Shown here: one piece after another, positions 1-8,861 of the stretch | How positions within the stretch are numbered: position 1 is the first letter of the stretch | Layout of the letters: every line of letters begins with the position of its first letter | Sequence record: MH992122.1 | Length of the DNA stretch: 64,000 bases | Strand: one strand, 5' to 3' | From: Escherichia phage OLB35 | Program-made: the position numbers and the translations under genes | The notes under the pieces: generated by a model | Databases searched by the model: none | The model's input: the letters and a program-made list of their open reading frames with translations, nothing else | What the model was told of the DNA's origin: nothing

Positions 1-96
1 GAACCTGAAGAAGAAGAAAAGAAAGCTAAAGCTTCGGAAGACGACGCTGATGAAGGCGATGACGACGAAGACGAAGATGATGAGGACGATGAATAA
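1..96 (+). CDS. 67: prohead core protein gp67, C-terminal fragment (runs off window start)
   Basis: Open frame from position 1, acidic Asp/Glu-rich tail, TAA at 94-96 overlapping the ATG of the next gene; sits upstream of 68-21-22-23 as in T4. Confidence 0.6.
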   Translation, partial: EPEEEEKKAKASEDDADEGDDDEDEDDEDDE

Positions 97-521
97 TGTA
101 TCTTATCCCTGAATCTTATGAATTGGTACTCGAAAATGTCGAAGCACTTATTCCTGAAGCACAGGGCCGAATCGATGCATTGTCTTCTGCTCTCGATATT
201 GACGATATAAATACTATTATCGAGAACATGCTTGAAACTGAAACGGATTTAGCTGTTGCAATGGCTTCCATTATTAATGAAGAGCAGTTAAATGAGTTTA
301 TCGTTAAACATGTTTCTTCTCGTGGTGAAGTCACCCGCACTAAAGACCGTAAAACTCGTGAACGTAACGCGTTCCAAACAACCGGTCTTTCTAAAGCAAA
401 ACGTAGACAAATCGCTCGTAAGGTCGTTAAAGCTAAAAAAGCTAACCCTTCAGGCCAAGTTAAAGGCATGCGTAAGCGTAAAAAAGCTCTTAAACGTCGT
501 AAAGCATTAGGATTAAGCTAA
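96..521 (+). CDS. 68: prohead core protein gp68
   Basis: 141 aa ORF with basic Lys/Arg-rich C-terminus, located between 67 and 21 as in T4; length matches T4 gp68. Confidence 0.7.
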   Translation: MYLIPESYELVLENVEALIPEAQGRIDALSSALDIDDINTIIENMLETETDLAVAMASIINEEQLNEFIVKHVSSRGEVTRTKDRKTRERNAFQTTGLSKAKRRQIARKVVKAKKANPSGQVKGMRKRKKALKRRKALGLS

Positions 522-1162
522 TGAATAAACCCGAGTTACTTATTGAAACTTGGGGTCAACCCGGTGAGATTATTGATGGCGTTCCAATGTTGGAATCTCA
601 TGATGGAAAAGATTCTGGCTTAAAACCAGGGCTTTATATAGAAGGTATTTTTCTTCAGGCAGAGGTTGTTAACCGAAATAAACGTTTATATCCTAAACGT
701 GTTTTGGAAAAAGCCGTAAGCGACTATATTAAAGAACAAGTCGCAACCAAACAAGCCCTTGGAGAATTAAATCATCCACCTCGTGCAAATGTTGACCCTA
801 TGCAAGCCGCTATCATTATTGAAGATATGTGGTGGAAAGGAAACGATGTATATGGACGTGCTAGAATTATTGAAGGTGACCATGGTCCCGGCGATAAATT
901 AGCTGCTAATATACGAGCTGGTTGGATTCCAGGTGTTTCCTCTCGTGGTCTTGGTTCTTTAACCGACACCAATAAAGGGTACCATATCGTGAACGAAGGA
1001 TTTAAATTAACCGTCGGTGTAGATGCCGTATGGGGTCCTTCTGCTCCAGATGCTTGGGTTACTCCTAAACAAATATCAGAATCAGAAAATTCGGTGGAAA
1101 TCACCAAAAACAGTGCTGATGAAGCATTTAAAGCTCTCGCAGAGAGTTTAAAAGCATTATAA
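521..1162 (+). CDS. 21: prohead core scaffold protein and protease gp21
   Basis: 213 aa, start overlaps stop of 68, position and length match T4 gp21; recognised from sequence memory. Confidence 0.88.
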   Translation: MNKPELLIETWGQPGEIIDGVPMLESHDGKDSGLKPGLYIEGIFLQAEVVNRNKRLYPKRVLEKAVSDYIKEQVATKQALGELNHPPRANVDPMQAAIIIEDMWWKGNDVYGRARIIEGDHGPGDKLAANIRAGWIPGVSSRGLGSLTDTNKGYHIVNEGFKLTVGVDAVWGPSAPDAWVTPKQISESENSVEITKNSADEAFKALAESLKAL

Positions 1163-1165
1163 ATA
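1158..1165 (+). promoter_or_regulatory. late promoter TATAAATA for gene 22
   Basis: Exact TATAAATA about 30 nt upstream of the gene 22 ATG, overlapping the gene 21 stop. Confidence 0.7.
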
Positions 1166-1195
1166 ATAATGTAATCTAAACCACAGGACACTAAA

Positions 1196-2008
1196 ATGAT
1201 CAAAGAACAACTTTTGAAAGAAGCTCAGAATATCGAGACTTCAGTTGCTCTTAATAGTGTTTTCGAATCAGTAGAACTGTCTCCGGACGTTAAAGCTAAT
1301 TTCAGCACTGTATTCGAAGCCACCGTTAAGCAGGAAGCAGTCAAACTAGCTGAATCTCATATCAAAGCTATCGCCGAAAAAGCCGAAGAAGAAGTTGAAA
1401 AGGCTAAAGAAGATGCTGAAGAGAAAGCTGATAAAAAATTGGCTGAACAAGCTTCTAAATTCCTGGACCATCTTGCAAAAGAATGGCTCGCAGAAAACCA
1501 AATCGCAGTTGATAAAGGCATTAAAGCTGATTTGTTCGAATCCATGCTTGGTGGTCTGAAAGAACTGTTTGTTGAACATAACGTTGTTGTTCCAGAAGAA
1601 TCTGTAGATGTTGTAGCAGAAATGGAAGAAGAGCTGGCCGAACATAAAGAAGAAACCGCTCGTTTGTTCGAAGAAGTTACCAAACGTGATGCATATATCA
1701 ATTACGTTCAGCGTGAAACCGCTATTAATGAAAGCGTAAAAGACCTGACTGAATCTCAGAAAGAAAAAGTTATTGGCCTGGTTGAAGGTATGGATTATTC
1801 TGACGCATTTGGTACTAAGTTAACTGCTATTGTAGAAATGGTTAAAGGTTCTACTAAAGAAGAAGCCGCTATTACCGAAAGTATAAATACAGTTGACAAT
1901 GACGCTGCCGGTCTTAATTTTGTTGCCGAAGCAGTTGACACTACCACAACTCAGGTAGAACAGAATTCTAATGTAAGTTTATATGCGAAAGTCGCATCTC
2001 GTTTCTAA
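1196..2008 (+). CDS. 22: prohead scaffold protein gp22
   Basis: 270 aa acidic coiled-coil-like protein immediately upstream of the major capsid gene; late promoter TATAAATA 30 nt upstream. Confidence 0.85.
   Translation: MIKEQLLKEAQNIETSVALNSVFESVELSPDVKANFSTVFEATVKQEAVKLAESHIKAIAEKAEEEVEKAKEDAEEKADKKLAEQASKFLDHLAKEWLAENQIAVDKGIKADLFESMLGGLKELFVEHNVVVPEESVDVVAEMEEELAEHKEETARLFEEVTKRDAYINYVQRETAINESVKDLTESQKEKVIGLVEGMDYSDAFGTKLTAIVEMVKGSTKEEAAITESINTVDNDAAGLNFVAEAVDTTTTQVEQNSNVSLYAKVASRF
1882..1889 (+). promoter_or_regulatory. late promoter TATAAATA for gene 23, inside the 3' end of gene 22
   Basis: Exact TATAAATA about 135 nt upstream of the gene 23 ATG, as known for T4 P23. Confidence 0.65.
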
Positions 2009-2025
2009 TTTAAAGGTTAACACAA

Positions 2026-3594
2026 ATGACTACTATCAAAACTAAAGCTCAGCTCGTAGACAAATGGAAAGAACTGCTGGAAGGTGAAGGCCTGCCGGAA
2101 ATCGCTAATAGCAAGCAGGCTATTATCGCTAAAATCTTCGAAAACCAGGAAAAAGATTTCGAAGTATCCCCTGAATATAAAGACGAGAAAATCGCTCAGG
2201 CATTTGGTTCTTTCTTGACCGAAGCTGAAATTGGTGGTGACCATGGTTATAATGCTCAGAACATCGCAGCAGGTCAAACCTCTGGTGCAGTAACCCAAAT
2301 TGGGCCGGCAGTTATGGGTATGGTTCGTCGTGCTATTCCTAATCTGATCGCTTTTGATATTTGTGGTGTTCAGCCTATGAACAGCCCGACCGGTCAGGTA
2401 TTTGCTCTCCGTGCAGTATATGGTAAAGACCCTATCGCTGCTGGCGCTAAAGAAGCTTTCCATCCGATGTATGCCCCAGACGCGATGTTCTCTGGTCAGG
2501 GTGCTGCTAAGAAATTCCCAGCTCTGGCTGCTGACACTACTACTGTTGTAGGTGATATCTATACTCACTTCTTCCAAGAAACTGGTACTGTATATCTGCA
2601 AGCTTCTGCTGTCGTAACACTTGATTCTGGTGCAACTGATGCAGCTAAATTAGATGCAGAAGTTAAGAAACAAATGGAAGCTGGTGCACTGGTAGAAATC
2701 GCTGAAGGTATGGCTACTTCTATCGCTGAACTCCAGGAAGGTTTCAACGGTTCTACCGATAACCCATGGAATGAAATGGGCTTCCGTATCGATAAACAAG
2801 TTATCGAAGCTAAATCTCGCCAGCTGAAAGCTGCTTACTCTATCGAATTAGCACAAGACCTCCGTGCAGTACACGGTATGGATGCTGATGCTGAACTGAG
2901 CGGTATTCTGGCTACAGAAATTATGCTAGAAATCAACCGTGAAGTTGTTGATTGGATTAACTACTCAGCACAGGTCGGTAAATCTGGTATGACCCTGACT
3001 CCTGGTTCTAAAGCTGGTGTATTTGACTTCCAGGACCCGATTGATATCCGTGGTGCTCGTTGGGCCGGTGAAAGCTTTAAATCTCTGTTGTTCCAGATTG
3101 ATAAAGAAGCAGTTGAAATTGCTCGTCAAACCGGTCGTGGTGAAGGTAACTTCATTATCGCTTCCCGTAACGTAGTTAACGTACTGGCTTCAGTTGATAC
3201 TGGTATTTCTTACGCTGCACAGGGTCTGGCTTCTGGTTTTAATACCGACACTACTAAGTCTGTATTTGCCGGTGTACTTGGTGGTAAATACCGCGTATAC
3301 ATCGACCAGTATGCTAAACAGGATTACTTCACCGTTGGTTACAAAGGCGCTAACGAAATGGATGCAGGTATCTACTATGCTCCTTACGTTGCACTTACCC
3401 CACTGCGTGGTTCCGATCCTAAGAACTTCCAGCCGGTAATGGGCTTTAAAACTCGTTACGGTATCGGTGTTAACCCGTTTGCTGAAAGTTCCCTGCAGGC
3501 TCCAGGTGCTCGCATCCAGTCCGGTATGCCGTCTATCCTGAACAGCCTTGGTAAGAACGCTTACTTCCGCCGTGTATATGTAAAAGGCATCTAA
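2026..3594 (+). CDS. 23: major capsid protein gp23
   Basis: 522 aa; near-identical over long stretches to remembered T4 gp23 (e.g. GPAVMGMVRRAIPNLIAFDICGVQPMNSPTGQVFALRAVYGKDP). Confidence 0.97.
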   Translation: MTTIKTKAQLVDKWKELLEGEGLPEIANSKQAIIAKIFENQEKDFEVSPEYKDEKIAQAFGSFLTEAEIGGDHGYNAQNIAAGQTSGAVTQIGPAVMGMVRRAIPNLIAFDICGVQPMNSPTGQVFALRAVYGKDPIAAGAKEAFHPMYAPDAMFSGQGAAKKFPALAADTTTVVGDIYTHFFQETGTVYLQASAVVTLDSGATDAAKLDAEVKKQMEAGALVEIAEGMATSIAELQEGFNGSTDNPWNEMGFRIDKQVIEAKSRQLKAAYSIELAQDLRAVHGMDADAELSGILATEIMLEINREVVDWINYSAQVGKSGMTLTPGSKAGVFDFQDPIDIRGARWAGESFKSLLFQIDKEAVEIARQTGRGEGNFIIASRNVVNVLASVDTGISYAAQGLASGFNTDTTKSVFAGVLGGKYRVYIDQYAKQDYFTVGYKGANEMDAGIYYAPYVALTPLRGSDPKNFQPVMGFKTRYGIGVNPFAESSLQAPGARIQSGMPSILNSLGKNAYFRRVYVKGI

Positions 3595-3618
3595 TCTTAA
3601 TTGATTAAATCTTATTTT

Positions 3619-3636
3619 GGGAGACTTCGGTCTCCC
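3619..3636. terminator. bidirectional intrinsic terminator hairpin GGGAGAC-UUCG-GUCUCCC after gene 23 and after the antisense 89 aa ORF
   Basis: Perfect 7 bp GC-rich stem, UUCG tetraloop, T-runs on both sides. Confidence 0.8.
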
Positions 3637-3646
3637 ATTTTTGGTT

Positions 3647-3916
3647 TTATTTCTGTGCAATTTCGATGTAAGTTTTCAAAATATTTTGCCAATTAGGCAT
3701 ACCTTCTTGGACATATGCTGGAGAACCGTCTTTGTTTTTGAATGATGCAAGTTTATCAGTGGCCCAATAGCCTTTAGCTCGAGCTTCAGAATCAACTTTC
3801 ATCCATACTTTGTTGAAGGCATTACCATTAACTTTTGCACCATATTTTTCTACTAACTTAACTGCTTCAGCTTCCAGAACTTTTAAAGTATCTCGTAAGA
3901 AACGTGCTTTAGTCAT
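3647..3916 (-). CDS. hypothetical early protein, antisense to the late head genes
   Basis: 89 aa ORF with RBS GAGGAG and its own GTTTACA/TACTAT early promoter; occupies the 23/24 intergenic site where T4 carries segD; no GIY-YIG motif. Confidence 0.55.
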   Translation of the reverse strand: MTKARFLRDTLKVLEAEAVKLVEKYGAKVNGNAFNKVWMKVDSEARAKGYWATDKLASFKNKDGSPAYVQEGMPNWQNILKTYIEIAQK

Positions 3917-3946
3917 TTTGTTTACTCCTCTGTAGTTGATAAGTCT

Positions 3947-3976
3947 ATAGTATCACATACCAAATACGTTGTAAAC
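3947..3976 (-). promoter_or_regulatory. T4-type early promoter for the 89 aa antisense ORF
   Basis: Reverse strand GTTTACA, 17 nt spacer, TACTAT, then RBS GAGGAG and ATG. Confidence 0.55.
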
Positions 3977-3982
3977 AATCTT

Positions 3983-3990
3983 TATAAATA
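3983..3990 (+). promoter_or_regulatory. late promoter TATAAATA for gene 24
   Basis: Exact TATAAATA 26 nt upstream of the gene 24 ATG. Confidence 0.7.
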
Positions 3991-4016
3991 ATCTATATCA
4001 CATAAGGAAAAATGCA

Positions 4017-5300
4017 ATGAGTAAAATCCAAAAATTATTGCGTGAATCTACAACGTCTACTAGCAACTCAATTGGTCGCCCAAATCTCGTTGCTTTGACT
4101 CGCGCTACGACTAAATTAATATATTCTGACATTGTAGCAACACAAAGAACTAATCAACCTGTTGCTGCTTTTTATGGTATTAAATATCTTAACCCAGACA
4201 ACGAATTAACGTTTAAAACTGGTGCTACTTATGCAGGTGAAGCTGGATATGTAGACCGAGAAAAAATTACCGAGCTCACAGAAGAATCAAAAGCCACACT
4301 AAATAAAGGTGATTTTTTCAAATATAATAATATCGTTTATAAAGTGTTAGAAGATACACCATTTGCAGATATTCAGGAAAGTGATCTAGAATTAGCTCTT
4401 CAGATTGCGGTCGTTCATTTAAAGGTACGGCTATTTTCAGATGCAGCGGTAACAAGCAAATTTGAAAGCTCTGGTAGCGAAATTTCTGATGCAAGATTCC
4501 AGATTAATAAATGGCAAACTTCAGTCAAATCTCGTAAACTTAAAACTGGCCTCACGGTTGAATTAGCGCAAGATTTAGAAGCGAATGGATTTGATGCCCC
4601 TAACTTCTTAGAAGATTTGCTTGCTACTGAAATGGCTGATGAAATTAATAAAGATATTCTTCAGTCTTTAATTACTGTATCGAAACGTTATAAAGTTACT
4701 GGAATTACTGACACCGGATTTATTGACTTGAGCTATGCTTCCGCTCCAGAAGCAGGTCGTTCGTTATATCGAATGGTGTGTGAAATGGTATCACACATTC
4801 AAAAAGAGTCAACTTATACTGCAACGTTTTGCGTAGCTTCAGCTCGTGCAGCTGCTATTCTTGCTGCTTCAGGTTGGTTAAAACATAAACCAGAAGATGA
4901 TAAGTATCTTTCACAAAATGCTTATGGATTCTTGGCAAATGGATTACCTCTTTACTGCGATACTAACAGTCCATTAGATTATGTGATCGTTGGCGTAGTA
5001 GAAAATATCGGCGAAAAAGAGATTGTAGGGTCCATCTTTTATGCTCCATACACTGAAGGAATGGATTTAGACGACCCGGAACATGTCGGTGCATTTAAAG
5101 TTGTAGTTGATCCGGAAAGCTTACAACCGTCTATAGGTTTATTGGTTAGATATGCTTTATCAGCAAATCCTTACACAGTAGCAAAAGATGAAAAAGAAGC
5201 GAGAGTAATTGATGGCGGGGACATGGATAAAATGGCAGGACGTTCAGACTTGTCTGTTTTACTCGGTGTTAAATTGCCTAAAATTATTATAGATGAATAA
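4017..5300 (+). CDS. 24: capsid vertex protein gp24
   Basis: 427 aa, same length as T4 gp24, position after 23; late promoter upstream. Confidence 0.9.
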   Translation: MSKIQKLLRESTTSTSNSIGRPNLVALTRATTKLIYSDIVATQRTNQPVAAFYGIKYLNPDNELTFKTGATYAGEAGYVDREKITELTEESKATLNKGDFFKYNNIVYKVLEDTPFADIQESDLELALQIAVVHLKVRLFSDAAVTSKFESSGSEISDARFQINKWQTSVKSRKLKTGLTVELAQDLEANGFDAPNFLEDLLATEMADEINKDILQSLITVSKRYKVTGITDTGFIDLSYASAPEAGRSLYRMVCEMVSHIQKESTYTATFCVASARAAAILAASGWLKHKPEDDKYLSQNAYGFLANGLPLYCDTNSPLDYVIVGVVENIGEKEIVGSIFYAPYTEGMDLDDPEHVGAFKVVVDPESLQPSIGLLVRYALSANPYTVAKDEKEARVIDGGDMDKMAGRSDLSVLLGVKLPKIIIDE

Positions 5301-5308
5301 ACGAAAAA

Positions 5309-5324
5309 GGGACCTTACGGTCCC
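5309..5324. terminator. bidirectional terminator hairpin between convergent gene 24 and rnlB
   Basis: GGGACC-TTAC-GGTCCC flanked by A-run and T-run. Confidence 0.7.
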
Positions 5325-5331
5325 TTTTTCG

Positions 5332-6339
5332 TTATGATACTAATTCAATCCATGCAGGACGCAGAACATCTTGCACCATTCGGACTAATTCTTTCTTAAC
5401 AAGATTCGGATTATCAGATGATGTTAATACAATACCTTCACGAGAAGTTTCTTCCAGAATATCTTGAACAGTCAATCCCATCACTTTGCCAAAATCTTTT
5501 GGCGTTACAGCCCCAATCTTAGAAATCACATTGTTAACACGATTTAATGTAACATAACAAGCTAGAACATCAAGCAAGTTTTTGTCAATTTCGGTTAATG
5601 GAACCTGAGTTTTAATAGGCTTATCAGACTTTTTCTTTTCACTGAATTTAGAGTTCTTGCACTTAATAGCTACACGAGTACCGTTTGGCAGCCATTTAGG
5701 GAAACAAGGCTTCAGAACATAACCTTCTGCAGTATTATCACCAATAACATTAGCATCAAATACACAATTATTTGCTTCGACAAGGTCTTCCGATGCCGTA
5801 GTGTTATAAGCGGCTAAGACGGAATCAAGGTCATTTGGAATCATGATAAGAGAATCAAATGTTCCACGACCAAGCATTGGTGCCATTTTAAAACCGAATT
5901 CATTACAGAAATCTTGCATTTCGTAATCACTCATGTAATAAGTATCACCGCTTTCCGTGTTTATGATGATATCGAATACATAGAAATCTTTTTCACCGTA
6001 GTCAACACCTTTCTGAATTCCACCACCAGCGAATTCACCAAAGATTTGATATGTCACTGGCACTGAAGTTGAAATACTGCCCATGACTTCTTGAACACCT
6101 TTAATAGCCTTATCATACTTCTTGAGTACGATTTCATAACCATAAAAATCTTCTGCTGGAAGAATAGGGCCTGTGCGCTTGGCGCATGTGACGTTGTCAC
6201 GTTCAATTATTAACGAGAAGTTAGTCCCATGGATTTTCTCACGTGCTACCCAAACACCAGTAGTCAAACCATTAGTGTAGAGTTTTTCAATAAACTTAGA
6301 GTTGTAGTGGTTTTCAAGACTGCTGTATTTCTTAAACAT
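5332..6339 (-). CDS. rnlB: RNA ligase 2 (Rnl2)
   Basis: 335 aa; N-terminus [21 protein letters not shown] and nucleotidyltransferase motif I (EKIHGTN) match T4 Rnl2. Confidence 0.9.
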   Translation of the reverse strand: MFKKYSSLENHYNSKFIEKLYTNGLTTGVWVAREKIHGTNFSLIIERDNVTCAKRTGPILPAEDFYGYEIVLKKYDKAIKGVQEVMGSISTSVPVTYQIFGEFAGGGIQKGVDYGEKDFYVFDIIINTESGDTYYMSDYEMQDFCNEFGFKMAPMLGRGTFDSLIMIPNDLDSVLAAYNTTASEDLVEANNCVFDANVIGDNTAEGYVLKPCFPKWLPNGTRVAIKCKNSKFSEKKKSDKPIKTQVPLTEIDKNLLDVLACYVTLNRVNNVISKIGAVTPKDFGKVMGLTVQDILEETSREGIVLTSSDNPNLVKKELVRMVQDVLRPAWIELVS

Positions 6340-6458
6340 AAATCACCATTATAAATAATAATATCAAAATAATTAGCAGAGACTCTATCTCCGACCCGAT
6401 GTTTAATTTGAATGGATAGAACCTAGATTCATTATACCATCAAAAAATGTAAAGCATA

Positions 6459-6710
6459 TTAGAACTTGATTTCTATCCAATGTCCATCACGTTGGTCATG
6501 ATTAATTTTGTACTGAAAGCCGTTATCACGAAGCCATTGACCGACTTGCTCGGTGATAGTTAAATCATTCTTTGATGGATAGTACGTGAATTGTGTCTGG
6601 CCTTTGTCAGCGGCTTTCTCTGCCATCACAGAGAAGTTAGTAATAAAATCACTCAACAAATTGGCTTTAGTGGCCAGAGCCCTTTCTCTTAATTCCTGTG
6701 CAAAACTCAT
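6459..6710 (-). CDS. hypothetical protein (T4 24.2-like by position)
   Basis: 83 aa ORF between rnlB and hoc. Confidence 0.5.
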   Translation of the reverse strand: MSFAQELRERALATKANLLSDFITNFSVMAEKAADKGQTQFTYYPSKNDLTITEQVGQWLRDNGFQYKINHDQRDGHWIEIKF

Positions 6711-6907
6711 TTCTTCACCTTTTTGTTAATCAAACGTTTACGGTATACAACTTTTTCTTTTGCTTTAAACTTTGACCGAGCTGTCTCGGCTTTAGTCCAT
6801 AGTAATCCAACTTCTTTAGGTTGTAAACCAATTTTTTGAGAAATTTCTACGAATGAAAATCCCGCCTCATGTAATGTATAAACTTCAACTTCAGCTCTCA
6901 TAATCAA
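6707..6907 (-). CDS. hypothetical protein (T4 24.3-like by position)
   Basis: 66 aa ORF, stop overlaps start of the downstream ORF. Confidence 0.45.
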   Translation of the reverse strand: MIMRAEVEVYTLHEAGFSFVEISQKIGLQPKEVGLLWTKAETARSKFKAKEKVVYRKRLINKKVKK

Positions 6908-6982
6908 TCCCGTATTATTTGGTTTGTGCCATTATATACATCAATCTCAAGTTGTGTTTTGTATGCTTTAAAAACGAAGAAA

Positions 6983-6996
6983 GGGGCCGAAGCCCC
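6983..6996 (-). terminator. terminator hairpin after hoc
   Basis: GGGGC-(UUCG on transcribed strand)-GCCCC immediately downstream of the hoc stop; coordinates approximate. Confidence 0.6.
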
Positions 6997-7002
6997 TTAC
7001 GA

Positions 7003-8133
7003 TTATGGATATGTATAGATGATACCAGTTTCCAAAGCAGTTTTATGGATGATGTATCCATTACGTGATTCTTGAACATCAACTTCTGGATAGTCTTTCA
7101 TCATCTTCTGAAGAGTGTAACGATCCAGGTAGTATTTACTATCTGGATCTTCAGTTTTCCAATCTTTACCTTCTTCAGTCATTTTTTGGATTTCATCCAT
7201 AACCCACCAACCGCACCAGATGTAAGCTGAAGTACGATGTGGAAGAGGATGAACATAAGGTAATTCACCTTCTGGTTCAATTGGAGTCCGTTCAGCAATA
7301 ACAACTTCAGCGGTTGAACTAATTGTCTTTGAAGTATAATTATCTTTAGTTAATACTGCTTCAACTTTAATTGTATGAGTACCCGCTGAGGAGGTATCAA
7401 TACTGTAAGTATCGGTAGAATTACTTTCTGCTACGTTGTCTTTCTTCCAAGTATAAACAATAGCAGTACCACTAGGTTGACTGCTTACAGATGCTGTTAA
7501 AGTTGTTGCTGTTCAATAATGTTGCCGCCGGAGAAGCCGGAGTAACAGCGATGGTAGAATTATTGTCTTCTTATTAACAGTGATAGTTGTTGACGCTTCA
7601 GCTATTTCTGGATTTCCTGCGGAAAGTGCCGTAATTTGGGCAACACATTTAATTTTTTTAACTCCGCTTGTGGTAGGAGTGTAATTGAATGTAGCAGAAG
7701 TTGCTTCGCTCACAGGAGAACCGTCAACGTGCCATTGATACGTAGCAGATGCGCCTGACGGTTGAGAAGCTAAAGCCGCAGTAAATTTAACAGCTGTTCC
7801 GATTACTCCAGCAGCAGGGCTATCAGGAGTTATAGCCAGAGTAGTTGTCTGAGTTTTATTTTTAACTGTGATAGTTGCAGTAGTTTCTGCTGTTTCAGCT
7901 TCAGCTTCTGGAACTGTATTTGTTGCAACTACTTTAATAGTCTTTTGACCGGCAGGTCCTTTTAGAGTATAATCCATTGTAGCAGCCGTAGAATCCTGCG
8001 CTATACCATCCAAAGTCCAGACGTTAGTAATAGTACCATCTGGAGTTTCACCTGCAGGTGTAGCAGTGAATGTTTGTGAACCTCCAATAACCCCTGTAGG
8101 AGTTAAAGGAGATAACGTGACAGTGAACGCCAT
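7003..8133 (-). pseudogene. hoc: hoc (highly immunogenic outer capsid protein) interrupted by an in-frame stop within a short out-of-frame segment
   Basis: Total span 1131 nt = 377 codons, as in T4 hoc; the N-terminal 206 aa ORF (7513..8133) and the C-terminal ORF (7003..7200) are in the same frame; the ORF ends ...KKTIILPSLLLRLLRRQHY-stop, while the Hoc-like sequence in this ~60 nt stretch is in another frame and frame 0 resumes Hoc-like right after the stop. Confidence 0.7.
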
Positions 8134-8142
8134 AAGTTATCC

Positions 8143-8811
8143 TTATTTTAATGTTACGAAAGAAGAATTACGAGTTTCACGAATTAGAACTGATCCATCG
8201 CGATTAATATAATAAATTAAGCTAAATAATGTTTGGTGGGCAGAAGCGTGCACAAAACTAGTTGGGCGAGATTTCCAATCTGGGGTTTCGGCTATCCATT
8301 GATAAATCCACCAAGGAACAGTAACATACCCTGGGCCTTTGCCTAATTTAATGAGTGTAGGACTAAAATTTTCAGGCAGAACAAATTTTACTTCTTTATT
8401 TACCTCTGACTCAGGCTCTTTTTCAGATTCAACAACCTGAGTAATTGCTTCTTCGAATTTATCATGGTCGAATTCTTTTTCTTGTTCGACAACTTCTAAT
8501 ACTTCAACTTGGTCTGTTGGAGAATCAAACAACAGAATAGCTTCTTCTTTAACTTCTTCGTTGGTGAAATTAACACCGTCCACATCATCTGCGGCAGTAA
8601 TTAAATCGGTGATAGATAATCCATCAGTTTCAGGTAACGGTTCATCAGCCAGTGCGTTAAGAGCTTCTTCGATATCAATAACAATATTATCGAATGATTT
8701 TGTTTTCTTAACACTAATGCCAAATTGTTCCGCATATTCAAACAGTTTAGCTTTGGCTTCCTTTTTATCAGAAAGAGCACGTAACTCTTCAATATAGTCT
8801 TTATCGATCAT
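8143..8811 (-). CDS. inh: inhibitor of prohead protease (Inh), by position and size
   Basis: 222 aa acidic protein between hoc and uvsW as in T4 (T4 segE absent); identification mainly positional. Confidence 0.6.
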   Translation of the reverse strand: MIDKDYIEELRALSDKKEAKAKLFEYAEQFGISVKKTKSFDNIVIDIEEALNALADEPLPETDGLSITDLITAADDVDGVNFTNEEVKEEAILLFDSPTDQVEVLEVVEQEKEFDHDKFEEAITQVVESEKEPESEVNKEVKFVLPENFSPTLIKLGKGPGYVTVPWWIYQWIAETPDWKSRPTSFVHASAHQTLFSLIYYINRDGSVLIRETRNSSFVTLK

Positions 8812-8824
8812 GGTATTTCCTCAT

Positions 8825-8832
8825 TATAAATA
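8825..8832 (+). promoter_or_regulatory. late promoter TATAAATA for uvsW
   Basis: Exact TATAAATA 29 nt upstream of the uvsW ATG in the 50 nt inh/uvsW divergent gap. Confidence 0.7.
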
Positions 8833-8861
8833 TAACTATATTTATTACATGGTAATTTGAC

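Noticed and set aside
116-2601. Antisense and overlapping track ORFs within genes 68, 21, 22 and 23 (for example 116..469, 772..1203, 1346..1645, 1357..1701, 2017..2601)
   Set aside because: Lie wholly inside well-supported structural genes on the opposite strand or in alternative frames; low-complexity translations; treated as shadow ORFs, as are similar ones inside 29, alt, nrdA, nrdB, 34 and 37
6346-6353. TATAAATA on the plus strand next to the rnlB start
   Set aside because: No plus-strand gene downstream for more than 2 kb; likely chance occurrence in AT-rich early-promoter DNA
7513-7580. Programmed ribosomal frameshift in hoc
   Set aside because: No slippery heptamer or downstream structure noticed, and two frame changes would be needed; mutation or sequencing error is more parsimonious
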